Below, piece by piece: positions 9,863 to 18,933 of a stretch of DNA of 64,000 nucleotides (positions within the stretch are counted from its first letter, which is position 1; every line of letters begins with the position of its first letter). Location of the stretch: the NCBI GenBank assembly GCA_964507015.1, contig CAZDOM010000001.1, positions 9,227 through 73,226 of the forward strand, given 5' to 3'. A program made the translations under genes and the position numbers. The notes beneath the pieces were generated by a model, which was not told the DNA's origin, ran no database searches, and was given only the letters and a program-made list of their open reading frames with translations. This stretch comes from an uncultured Rikenellaceae bacterium. Its GTDB lineage: Bacteria; Bacteroidota; Bacteroidia; Bacteroidales; VadinHA17.

Positions 9863-10705
9863 TCAGTCTATTGCTGATTCGAGCTCATATGTTTTCGATT
9901 TTACCCACTCCGCCCACTCAGGTAATGACTTTGAACTGTCAAATGTTTGCCGGGGTATGACTTTCCCGAAAACCAGAGAGATATTTTTCCCTTTTTGATG
10001 GAACAACTCATCAGGGAGATACAACATTTCAAAATTCGATTTTATACCTAAAAAAGTCCGGATATTTGCCAGGTTATAAAAAAAATCCGAATTTCTTCCT
10101 GAGAAGAAAGCCGGGATGATATCTCTTTTGTGTTGTATAGCTTTGGATATGAAGCTTTTATGCCAAACGAGGTCCTTTATGATACCATGTTTTTTCCGGG
10201 AACACAAACCTGCCGGAAAATAAAGGATCTGACAATCCGAAGCATAGGCTTCTTCCAGTGTTCTGACGGCCTCTTTTGCCTGGCCGCCATGCTTATTTAC
10301 CGGGAGGAAAATGCCTGAGAGATTTGTTATGTTAAGCAGGATATCATTTACGGGAAATTTGATATCGCTATAGTACTTTGATAACTCATACATGAAAACA
10401 AGTCCGTCGAGTCCGCCAAGGGGATGATTCGAAACAAAGAAATACCTGCCCTTTGAAGGTATATTTTCCGATCCATATACCATGTATCTGATTTCAAAAT
10501 AATCCAGTCCTGCAGATACAAATTCTGCATCTTTCAGATGGCTATATTTCTGAAGGAATTCATTGATCTCATCCTGATGAACAATCCTTTTAAGGTAATT
10601 TATAAAAAACGACGGTACTGCACTGGCAAGAGAAGGATTTTTAGAGCGAAGAACCTCCTTAACATCAATTTTCAAAGGGTCATTAATTCCTGATTCCTGT
10701 TCCAC
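9863..10705 (-). CDS. lysophospholipid / lyso-lipoamino-acid O-acyltransferase (GlsA-like, PlsC superfamily)
   Basis: 280 aa. Acyltransferase catalytic box FFVSNHPLGGLDG and a downstream FPAG block (ILYFPAGLCSR). GTG start (complement of 10703-10705). Confidence 0.6.
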   Translation of the reverse strand: MEQESGINDPLKIDVKEVLRSKNPSLASAVPSFFINYLKRIVHQDEINEFLQKYSHLKDAEFVSAGLDYFEIRYMVYGSENIPSKGRYFFVSNHPLGGLDGLVFMYELSKYYSDIKFPVNDILLNITNLSGIFLPVNKHGGQAKEAVRTLEEAYASDCQILYFPAGLCSRKKHGIIKDLVWHKSFISKAIQHKRDIIPAFFSGRNSDFFYNLANIRTFLGIKSNFEMLYLPDELFHQKGKNISLVFGKVIPRQTFDSSKSLPEWAEWVKSKTYELESAID

Positions 10706-10917
10706 TTTATCAATATATTGATAGAGAAAGGCAAATTTATAATTTTTTCACATCACCTCAATTCTTTACCCGACTTTTGACCTTTGCGGTTTACTTTCTT
10801 TTATTTTTTCTACATATTCGCTGGGGCCCCATGGTTGTAAGTCCCATTCCGTTTTATATCAGGATTAGGTTGTAATCTATATCCAAACAGCTGAAAGTTA
10901 TTAACAAATAAATAAAA

Positions 10918-10944
10918 AAAGTGGAGGAAAGTGGGGGTAAGTGG
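10918..10944 (+). promoter_or_regulatory. candidate MraZ operator: three direct AAGTGG repeats spaced exactly 10 bp
   Basis: The sequence reads AAAGTGGAGG AAAGTGGGGGT AAGTGGATAT, with GTGG starting at 10921, 10931 and 10941. It lies 46-70 nt upstream of the mraZ ATG. Confidence 0.55.
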
Positions 10945-10989
10945 ATATTTTTTACTTATTTTTAGCTTTTTATATTCCAGGTAAGGATT

Positions 10990-11457
10990 ATGGCCACATT
11001 TATAGGTGATTATACGTGTAAGGTTGATGTCAAGGGAAGGATTATTCTTCCTATGGCATTTAAGAAGCAGATGCCTGCTGATGCACGTGACCATTTTGTG
11101 GTCAGGAAAGATATTTTTGAGAAGTGTCTTGTACTTTATGCACTGGAAGACTGGAACAGGCAGCTTGCCAGGATCAGGAAGAGGATAAATCCCTATAATC
11201 GTGAGCATAACACATTCCTCAGGAATTTCTTCAAGGGGACGGCAGAACTGACCCTTGATAGTAATAACCGTTTGCTCATACCTAAAAGGCTTCTTGACAT
11301 AATAGGGGCAGAGAGGGATGTTGTTCTTGCTGGCCAGGATGGACGAATTGAGATATGGGCAGCTGATGTATATGAGGGACTTGAGATGCCTGCTGATGAT
11401 TTTGCCACACTGGCAGAAAAGCTCATGGGAGGCTCTGTAATTGAACCTGACGAATAA
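10990..11457 (+). CDS. mraZ: division/cell wall cluster transcriptional regulator MraZ
   Basis: 155 aa. MATFIGDYTCKVDVKGRIILP plus a second SpoVT/AbrB-like repeat LDSNNRLLIPKRL. Confidence 0.93.
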   Translation: MATFIGDYTCKVDVKGRIILPMAFKKQMPADARDHFVVRKDIFEKCLVLYALEDWNRQLARIRKRINPYNREHNTFLRNFFKGTAELTLDSNNRLLIPKRLLDIIGAERDVVLAGQDGRIEIWAADVYEGLEMPADDFATLAEKLMGGSVIEPDE

Positions 11458-12353
11458 TGGCTTATCATATACCCGCACTGCTGGATGAAAGTATCGAAGG
11501 GCTGAATATCCGGCCTGACGGGATTTATGTTGATGTTACTTTCGGTGGAGGAGGTCATTCAATGGAAATACTGAAGCATCTTGTAAACGGAAGATTAATT
11601 GCATTTGACCAGGATGAAGATGCATCATTAAATGCTCCGGATGATAAAAAATTCATCTTCCTGAACCAGAACTTCCGCTTCCTGAAAAATAATCTAATGT
11701 TTAACGGAATAGATACTGTTGACGGACTCATTGCTGACCTGGGTGTCTCCTTTCACCAGTTTGATGAACCGTTAAGGGGTTTCACCTTCCGGCATAACGC
11801 ACTACTGGATATGAGAATGAATAAGAAAAATCCGGTTACCGCAGCAGACATCATTCAAAAAGCCGATGAGCAAGTATTAGCGGATATCCTGTTCAAGTAT
11901 GGTGAACTTCCAAATTCAAGGAAAATAGCAAAAGAATTAATCTCGGCAAGAAAAGAGAAACCTATAACAACAGCAGGTGACCTGTTGAGTGCCATCAGGA
12001 GACAGACTCCTGTCAGGCAGGAATATAAATTCTATGCAAAGGTATTCCAGGCCTTCAGGATAGCAGTAAATGATGAGATTGAAAACCTGAAGGAGATGCT
12101 GCAGCAGGCTCTCGATATACTTAAACAAGGAGGCCGGCTGGTGATCATTACATATCATTCGCTGGAAGATCGTGTAGTAAAAAATTTCTTTCGTTCAGGA
12201 GATTTTGAAGGTACAGACAAAAAAGATTTTTACGGAAATATAATTACGCCTTTCAGAGTAATTAATAAAAGGATTATAACACCTGGTAATGAAGAGATTG
12301 CAATCAATAACAGGGCAAGAAGTGCAAGATTGAGAGTAGCGGAAAAAATTTGA
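11457..12353 (+). CDS. rsmH: 16S rRNA (cytosine1402-N4)-methyltransferase
   Basis: 298 aa. HIPALLDESIEGL, GIYVDVTFGGGGHS and ITYHSLEDRVVK motifs. The start overlaps the mraZ stop. Confidence 0.94.
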   Translation: MAYHIPALLDESIEGLNIRPDGIYVDVTFGGGGHSMEILKHLVNGRLIAFDQDEDASLNAPDDKKFIFLNQNFRFLKNNLMFNGIDTVDGLIADLGVSFHQFDEPLRGFTFRHNALLDMRMNKKNPVTAADIIQKADEQVLADILFKYGELPNSRKIAKELISARKEKPITTAGDLLSAIRRQTPVRQEYKFYAKVFQAFRIAVNDEIENLKEMLQQALDILKQGGRLVIITYHSLEDRVVKNFFRSGDFEGTDKKDFYGNIITPFRVINKRIITPGNEEIAINNRARSARLRVAEKI

Positions 12354-12356
12354 AGC

Positions 12357-12722
12357 ATGACAGAGACGGAAGAGGGAAAAGATAAAAAGGAGAAAAAGAA
12401 GAAAAAGGGCAGCTTTATTAAAGAGCTTCTGAGCGGTAGTATGATCACAGAAAAGATTATTCTGAAAAATCTGTGGTTTATACTTCTTCTGACACTTCTT
12501 GCTGCAATATATATCGGTAACAGGTTTCATGCAGAAAAGATTACAAGGGAAACAGCCAGATTGCAGAGAGAGGTAAAGGATCTCAGGGCAGAATCACTTT
12601 CAACATCGACCGACCTGATGTATATAAGCCGGCAATCGGAGGTATACAGGCTTGTCCGTGAAAGAGGACTTAATCTTGAGGAACTGAAGATACCTCCATA
12701 TAAATTACTGGTTGACAAATGA
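12357..12722 (+). CDS. ftsL: FtsL-like cell division protein
   Basis: 121 aa. Lys-rich N-terminus, a single TM (LWFILLLTLLAAIYIG), then a coiled-coil segment. It occupies the canonical slot between rsmH and ftsI. Confidence 0.7.
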   Translation: MTETEEGKDKKEKKKKKGSFIKELLSGSMITEKIILKNLWFILLLTLLAAIYIGNRFHAEKITRETARLQREVKDLRAESLSTSTDLMYISRQSEVYRLVRERGLNLEELKIPPYKLLVDK

Positions 12723-12731
12723 TATATGTAA

Positions 12732-14846
12732 ATGGCAGTCAGGGATGAAATAGTGGTACGAAGTGGTGTCGTGTATTTTACAATAGTAATTGTAGCTTTT
12801 GCAATACTTATCCGTATTCTGGTTCTTCAGGTAGTTCAGCGGGGTAAATGGGCAGGTATGAGTGATAAATTTGTTTACAAAACAGCTGAAGTACCTGCAA
12901 ACCGCGGTGATATTCTTGCTCATGACGGGCGCCTTCTGGCAAGCTCTGTGCCATACTATACTATCTACATGGATACCAGGAGCACTGGAATGTCGGAAAA
13001 GACATGGACAAACGGGATAAGCGGATTATCCTCCGGACTTGCAAAAATTGTTGGTGAGAGATCAGCATCTGAATGGGAGACAGTAATAACAAATGCCCGA
13101 AAAAAGGGTGACCGCTATTTCCTGATTAAACGCAGAGTCGATTATAAAACACTTCAAAGACTCAGGGGACTGCCAATCTTCAGGGAGGGACAGTACAGGG
13201 GAGGAATGGTTGCCCAGGCAGAAAATCACAGAATACTTCCCAATAATGAGCTGGCAGCCAGGACAATAGGCTATCTCAATCTGGGAGAAGAAGGAACAGA
13301 AGTCGGGATAGAGGGTTCCTTCAATAAGGAACTTGCGGGTAAGAACGGAATGGTGATAAAACAACGACTTACCGGCGGTGACTGGATAACTGTAGACGTG
13401 GCCGGCAGCGTAGAACCAGAAGACGGAAGTGATATTGCTACAACTATAGATGTTGATTTACAGGATGTTGCTACATCTGCACTTACGGCACAGCTAAAGA
13501 AACATAATGCACATCACGGCTGTGCAATTGTTATGGAGGTAGCTACAGGTGACATAAGGGCTATAGCTAACCTGGAACAGGGAAGGGACGGTAATTACCA
13601 TGAATCATATAATTATGCCATAGCCGAGAGTACGGAACCCGGATCCACTTTTAAACTTCCGGTTCTGATGGCAGCTCTTGAGGACGGAGTTATTGATACC
13701 GGAGATATTGTCGACACAGGTACAGGTAGCGTCAGGTTTTACAATAAGATTATAAGGGATACAAGAAAGGAAGGATATGGAAAACTGACTGTAAAAGAGG
13801 TGTTCGAAAAATCTTCAAACGTCGGAACATCAAAGCTTATTTATGAGCATTACAAAGAAAATCCTAAAGCTTTTGTTGACCGTCTTTATGCGATGAGACT
13901 GAATGAAAAACTCAATATTCAGATTATGGGTGAAGGCGAGCCTTTGATAAGATACCCGGGAGATAAACTCTGGTCAGGACTCTCACTGCCTATGATGTCA
14001 CATGGTTATGAGGTCCAGCTGACACCTTTGCAGATACTTACATTTTACAATGCAGTAGCTAACGACGGGAGGATGATGAAACCACGTTTTGTCACTGCTG
14101 TTTTGAGAAACGGAGTAATAATAAAACGGTATGAACCGGATGTGATAATCAACTCAATAGCATCACGTTCCACGATAAAAAAAGTAAGAAAAATGATGGA
14201 GGGGGTTGTGGAACACGGAACCGCCATGAACCTCAGGAATACAAACTATAAAATAGCCGGTAAGACCGGAACAGCACAAATTGCAATGGGGAAATCAGGA
14301 TACAGGTCTGGTGCCAGGATATCATATCAGGCCTCTTTCGTTGGATATTTCCCTGCAGAAAATCCTCTCTATTCATGTATTGTTGTGGTTAATGCACCTT
14401 CAAACGGAGTCTATTACGGCAACCTTGTTGCCGGTTCGGTTTTTAAGGAGATTTCCGACAAGATATATGCAACTAGTTTTTTCAGGGATTACAGTGTGGA
14501 GAATGGTGATAAAAGGCTTGCATCCGCACCTGAAGCCGGCAACGGATATCGTGAAGATATCAATATGGTTCTCAGGCAAATGGATGTAAAATACAGGAGA
14601 ACAGCTAATAATGATTGGGTGGCAACAAGAGAAAGAGGAGACACGGTACGGCTTGTTGGATTGGATGTTAAAAAGGGTTTCGTCCCTGATGTTCGCGGGA
14701 TGAGTCTCAGGGATGCTATATACCTTCTTGAAAACTCGGGTTACAGGGTTAAATACAGCGGCAAAGGAAAGGTGCGACGGCAGTCACCGGCACATGAAGC
14801 AAGATACCTGGAAGGACAGATTGTCTCACTGGAGCTTAATAAGTGA
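12732..14846 (+). CDS. ftsI: peptidoglycan D,D-transpeptidase FtsI (class B PBP) with a C-terminal PASTA domain
   Basis: 704 aa. N-terminal TM, transpeptidase motifs STFK (GSTFKLP), SSN (KSSNVG) and KTG (GKTGTA). C-terminal VRGMSLRDAIYLLENSGYRVKYSGKGKVRRQSP is PASTA-like. Confidence 0.92.
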   Translation: MAVRDEIVVRSGVVYFTIVIVAFAILIRILVLQVVQRGKWAGMSDKFVYKTAEVPANRGDILAHDGRLLASSVPYYTIYMDTRSTGMSEKTWTNGISGLSSGLAKIVGERSASEWETVITNARKKGDRYFLIKRRVDYKTLQRLRGLPIFREGQYRGGMVAQAENHRILPNNELAARTIGYLNLGEEGTEVGIEGSFNKELAGKNGMVIKQRLTGGDWITVDVAGSVEPEDGSDIATTIDVDLQDVATSALTAQLKKHNAHHGCAIVMEVATGDIRAIANLEQGRDGNYHESYNYAIAESTEPGSTFKLPVLMAALEDGVIDTGDIVDTGTGSVRFYNKIIRDTRKEGYGKLTVKEVFEKSSNVGTSKLIYEHYKENPKAFVDRLYAMRLNEKLNIQIMGEGEPLIRYPGDKLWSGLSLPMMSHGYEVQLTPLQILTFYNAVANDGRMMKPRFVTAVLRNGVIIKRYEPDVIINSIASRSTIKKVRKMMEGVVEHGTAMNLRNTNYKIAGKTGTAQIAMGKSGYRSGARISYQASFVGYFPAENPLYSCIVVVNAPSNGVYYGNLVAGSVFKEISDKIYATSFFRDYSVENGDKRLASAPEAGNGYREDINMVLRQMDVKYRRTANNDWVATRERGDTVRLVGLDVKKGFVPDVRGMSLRDAIYLLENSGYRVKYSGKGKVRRQSPAHEARYLEGQIVSLELNK

Positions 14847-14847
14847 T

Positions 14848-16305
14848 ATGATAAGGCTTGAAAAAATATTGAATGGAATAGAGATAGTATCCTCTTCGGG
14901 TGATTGCAAAAGTGATATTGAAGAGATAGTTTTCGATTCCCGCAACGTGAAAAAGGGCTCCCTGTTTGTTGCAGTTAAAGGCACCCGGACTGACGGTCAT
15001 GATTATATTTCTGATGCCGTGCAGTCAGGAGCCGTAGCAGTTATCTGTGAGAAACTACCCGGAGATCTCAATAAAAATATCTGCTGGATAAAGGTTGCCA
15101 ATTCAGCTAAAGCCCTGGGAGAGGCAGCATCAAATTATTATGACCGGCCATCATCAGGTTTAAAACTGACAGGAGTTACCGGAACCAATGGTAAAACAAC
15201 TATTGCCACGCTCCTTTACAGGATGTTTACTGCACTGGGTTATAAGTGCGGCCTCTTTTCCACTGTGTGTAACTATATTGTTGACAAGGAGTTTCCGGCA
15301 ACCCATACGACCCCCGATCCTGTTCGCCTGAACAGGTTACTGTCGGAAATGATAAAATCAGGATGCAAATATGCATTTATGGAGGTAAGCTCCCATTCTG
15401 CTGATCAGCACAGGATTGCAGGACTTAAATTTACCGGTGCAGTTTTCACCAACCTGACCCACGATCATCTCGATTACCATAAGACATTTGCCAGATACCT
15501 GGCAGCAAAAAAGAGCTGGTTCGATTCCCTGACTCCTGATGCATTTGCACTTATCAATACTGATGATAAAAACGGTAAAGTAATGCTTCAGAACTGTAAG
15601 GCAAGACCTTTTACCTTCTCAATGAGGAGCATGGCAGATTTCCGGTGTTCCATAATTGAACAGAGCTTCGAAGGAATGGGCCTCAGAATAATGGGAAAGG
15701 AGGTCTGGACCCGCTTTATAGGTGATTATAATGCTTCGAACCTTCTTGCAGTATGTGCTGCATCAGAACTTCTTGGCGCAAACAGAGATGAAGCGCTGAC
15801 TGTACTAAGTAAACTTGAAACTGTCCCGGGCAGACTCGAGGTGATAAGATCACCGGAAGGTATAACTGGAATTGTTGATTATGCTCATACACCTGATGCT
15901 CTGATAAATGTAATTAATACACTTAATAAGATACGGGAAGATAATATGCGGTTGATTACTGTTGTCGGAGCAGGTGGTGATCGTGATAAAACAAAACGAC
16001 CAAAAATGGCATTAATATCAGCTGAAGGAAGTAACAGGCTGATTCTGACATCTGACAATCCGAGAACAGAAGATCCGGAAAGGATCATTGACGACATGGA
16101 AGCGGGACTGACACATGAGCAAAAGAAAAAAACCGTAAGGATAACTGACCGGCGTGAGGCAATTAAAACTGCCGTAATAATGGCCTCTCCGGGAGATGTG
16201 ATACTGATTGCCGGGAAAGGACATGAACCTTACCAGGAGATAAAGGGAGTGAAACACCATTTTGACGACAGGGAAGAACTCAGAAAACACCTGTTGAAGA
16301 ATTAA
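14848..16305 (+). CDS. murE: UDP-N-acetylmuramoyl-L-alanyl-D-glutamate--2,6-diaminopimelate ligase
   Basis: GVTGTNGKTT P-loop and the DNPR motif (SDNPRTEDP) typical of meso-DAP-adding MurE. The ORF track starts at 14713 inside ftsI. ATG 14848, 1 nt after the ftsI stop, gives the expected MIRLEKILNG N-terminus. Confidence 0.92.
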   Translation: MIRLEKILNGIEIVSSSGDCKSDIEEIVFDSRNVKKGSLFVAVKGTRTDGHDYISDAVQSGAVAVICEKLPGDLNKNICWIKVANSAKALGEAASNYYDRPSSGLKLTGVTGTNGKTTIATLLYRMFTALGYKCGLFSTVCNYIVDKEFPATHTTPDPVRLNRLLSEMIKSGCKYAFMEVSSHSADQHRIAGLKFTGAVFTNLTHDHLDYHKTFARYLAAKKSWFDSLTPDAFALINTDDKNGKVMLQNCKARPFTFSMRSMADFRCSIIEQSFEGMGLRIMGKEVWTRFIGDYNASNLLAVCAASELLGANRDEALTVLSKLETVPGRLEVIRSPEGITGIVDYAHTPDALINVINTLNKIREDNMRLITVVGAGGDRDKTKRPKMALISAEGSNRLILTSDNPRTEDPERIIDDMEAGLTHEQKKKTVRITDRREAIKTAVIMASPGDVILIAGKGHEPYQEIKGVKHHFDDREELRKHLLKN

Positions 16306-16317
16306 AAATATCTTGTC

Positions 16318-17580
16318 ATGCTCTATTATTTGTTTGAATATCTTGAAAAACTGAATGTCCCGGGAGCAGGGGTATTTGCATATATATCGTTCAGATCAGC
16401 CGCTGCAGTCATTACATCCCTGTTAATATCAATGCTGACAGGGAAGAGAATAATAATGTTCCTTCAGAGGAAGCAGGTTGGAGAGGTCGTAAGAGACCTC
16501 GGCCTGGATGAACATTATCAGAAAAAGGGTACTCCATCAATGGGGGGACTTATAATACTGGCATCAATCCTTATACCAACCCTTCTCTTTGCTAAACTCG
16601 ATAATGTTTATGTGCTTCTAATGATGCTTACCACAGTATGGCTTGGAGCTATTGGTTTTCTGGATGATTACATAAAGATCTTCAAAAAAAATAAGGAGGG
16701 TCTGGCCGGTAAATTCAAAATAGCAGGACAGATAGGACTGGGAATAATTGTAGGTCTTACACTCTTTTTCAGCGATGATGTAAGAATAAGTGAAAAGGTA
16801 AGTATTTCAGAACTTACCGCCAGGGAACGGAATGAGATGGTTGATTCTTCAGTACCAGCATCATCATCATCATTTATGGAAATTTCCATGGAAAGAAAAT
16901 CCACTAAAACAACAATCCCGTTTGTTAAAGACAATGAATTCGATTATGCCTGGTTGGTCGCATTTATTAATAAAGATAAGAGACAATTCTGGACCTGGCT
17001 GGTTTTCATTTCAATAACCGTATTTATCCTTACTGCCGTATCGAACGGAGCAAACCTGACCGATGGACTCGACGGACTGGCAACAGGTATCTCAGCAATC
17101 ACAGGTACCGCACTGGGTATACTGGCTTATGTCTCGAGTAACATTATTTATGCCGATTACCTTAATATAATGTTTATACCTCATAGCGAGGAACTTGTAA
17201 TATTTGCCAGTGCATTTATCGGAGCCACAATAGGCTTCTTGTGGTATAATTCCTATCCTGCACAGGTATTTATGGGAGATACCGGAAGCCTGGCTCTGGG
17301 TGGTATTATAGCAGTCTTTGCCATAGTCATAAGAAAGGAGCTGCTTATACCAATATTGTGCGGAATTTTCCTCGTTGAGAACCTGTCAGTTGTTATCCAG
17401 GTGGGCTGGTTTAAGAGAACAAAAAGAAAATATGGGGCCGGGAGAAGAGTATTTCTTATGGCTCCCCTGCATCACCATTATCAGAAAAAAGGGTATCCCG
17501 AACCCAAAATAGTGATACGTTTCTGGATTGTGGCAATAATACTGGCAGTATTAAGCATAGTAACTCTGAAGATAAGATGA
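16318..17580 (+). CDS. mraY: phospho-N-acetylmuramoyl-pentapeptide-transferase
   Basis: 420-aa polytopic membrane protein. Motifs [33 protein letters not shown] and PLHHHY. Confidence 0.94.
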   Translation: MLYYLFEYLEKLNVPGAGVFAYISFRSAAAVITSLLISMLTGKRIIMFLQRKQVGEVVRDLGLDEHYQKKGTPSMGGLIILASILIPTLLFAKLDNVYVLLMMLTTVWLGAIGFLDDYIKIFKKNKEGLAGKFKIAGQIGLGIIVGLTLFFSDDVRISEKVSISELTARERNEMVDSSVPASSSSFMEISMERKSTKTTIPFVKDNEFDYAWLVAFINKDKRQFWTWLVFISITVFILTAVSNGANLTDGLDGLATGISAITGTALGILAYVSSNIIYADYLNIMFIPHSEELVIFASAFIGATIGFLWYNSYPAQVFMGDTGSLALGGIIAVFAIVIRKELLIPILCGIFLVENLSVVIQVGWFKRTKRKYGAGRRVFLMAPLHHHYQKKGYPEPKIVIRFWIVAIILAVLSIVTLKIR

Positions 17581-17584
17581 CCGG

Positions 17585-18922
17585 ATGAAAAAGAAGATTG
17601 TCATACTGGGAGCAGGTGAAAGCGGGGTCGGGTCAGCAATACTGGCACTGAAACAGGGATATGATGTTTTTGTCTCCGATAATAACATTATAAAAGATAA
17701 ATACAGGGAGTTGCTTAACAGCAGAAAAATAGAATGGGAGGAAGACAAACATACTGAAAATAAAATACTTGCAGCTGATGAAGTGGTAAAAAGCCCTGGT
17801 ATCAGTGACAATGTACCATTAGTAAAGAAACTTCATGACAAAGGGATACCTGTTATTTCAGAAATAGAATTTGCCGGAAGGTTTGTAAATGGCATAAAAA
17901 TATGTGTCACGGGCAGTAACGGGAAGACAACTGTTACCAACCTGATTTACCATATACTAAAGAAGGCGGGTAAAAATGCTGCAATGACAGGGAATGTCGG
18001 TAACAGTTTTGCCATGGCTGTTGCTGAGGGTGGTTACGATTATTATGTGATAGAACTGAGCAGTTTCCAGCTCGATGGAATGTACAGTTTCAGGGCTGAT
18101 ATGGCAGTACTGATGAATATCACTCCCGACCATCTCGACAGGTATGACTATGATCTTCAGAAATATATCGATTCTAAATTCAGGATTACACAGAACCAGG
18201 GAGAATCAGATTTTCTCATTTACTGGGCCGATGATCCTGTAATCAGGAAAGAACTGGGGGAAAGAAATCCGGTAATGACCCTCCTCCCTTTTTCTGATAC
18301 CTCAAGTGAAAAAATGACAGCATATATCGAGAATGACAACTTAATTATTGATTACCAACATAAAACCAACCTTATGACTATTCATGAATTGGCGCTGAAA
18401 GGCCGTCACAACACCTATAATTCTATGGCAGCTGCAATTGCAACCAAAGTGCTTGGTATCCGCAAGGATGCTATAAGAGAAAGCCTCGCTGATTTTCAGG
18501 GAGTAGAACATCGCCTTGAACTGGTTTTCAGAGTGAGTGGCATTAATTTTATTAATGATTCAAAGGCAACTAATGTTAACTCAACATGGTATGCTCTTGA
18601 ATGTATGGAAACAGCTATTGTCTGGATTGTTGGAGGTATAGATAAGGGGAATGATTATTCCGGGTTGATTCCAGTGGTGAAGGAAAAGGTAAAGGCAGTT
18701 GTGTGCCTTGGAAAGGATAACCGTAAGATACTTGAAACCTTCACTGATATAGTACCCACAATTGTTGAAACTATATCAATGGAGGAGGCTGTAAGATCTG
18801 CATACTACCTTGCAGGTAAGGGTGATACAGTCCTGCTTTCACCTGCATGCGCAAGTTTTGATCTGTTTAACAATTATGAGGACCGTGGCCGTCAGTTTAA
18901 GACGGCAGTACGTAATCTTTAA
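17585..18922 (+). CDS. murD: UDP-N-acetylmuramoylalanine--D-glutamate ligase
   Basis: 445 aa. Rossmann N-terminus ILGAGESGVG, VTGSNGKTT P-loop, canonical cluster position. Confidence 0.92.
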   Translation: MKKKIVILGAGESGVGSAILALKQGYDVFVSDNNIIKDKYRELLNSRKIEWEEDKHTENKILAADEVVKSPGISDNVPLVKKLHDKGIPVISEIEFAGRFVNGIKICVTGSNGKTTVTNLIYHILKKAGKNAAMTGNVGNSFAMAVAEGGYDYYVIELSSFQLDGMYSFRADMAVLMNITPDHLDRYDYDLQKYIDSKFRITQNQGESDFLIYWADDPVIRKELGERNPVMTLLPFSDTSSEKMTAYIENDNLIIDYQHKTNLMTIHELALKGRHNTYNSMAAAIATKVLGIRKDAIRESLADFQGVEHRLELVFRVSGINFINDSKATNVNSTWYALECMETAIVWIVGGIDKGNDYSGLIPVVKEKVKAVVCLGKDNRKILETFTDIVPTIVETISMEEAVRSAYYLAGKGDTVLLSPACASFDLFNNYEDRGRQFKTAVRNL

Positions 18923-18933
18923 TAAGTCATAAT

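Noticed and set aside
10810-11478. 222-aa minus-strand ORF covering the mraZ region
   Set aside because: It lies entirely antisense to the strongly conserved mraZ gene and its leader. Its composition is Cys/Tyr/Leu-rich with no motif, which is typical of a spurious antisense frame.
14713-14847. 45-codon N-terminal extension of murE in the ORF track
   Set aside because: It overlaps the PASTA-coding end of ftsI in another frame. ATG 14848, 1 nt after the ftsI stop, gives the normal MurE N-terminus.
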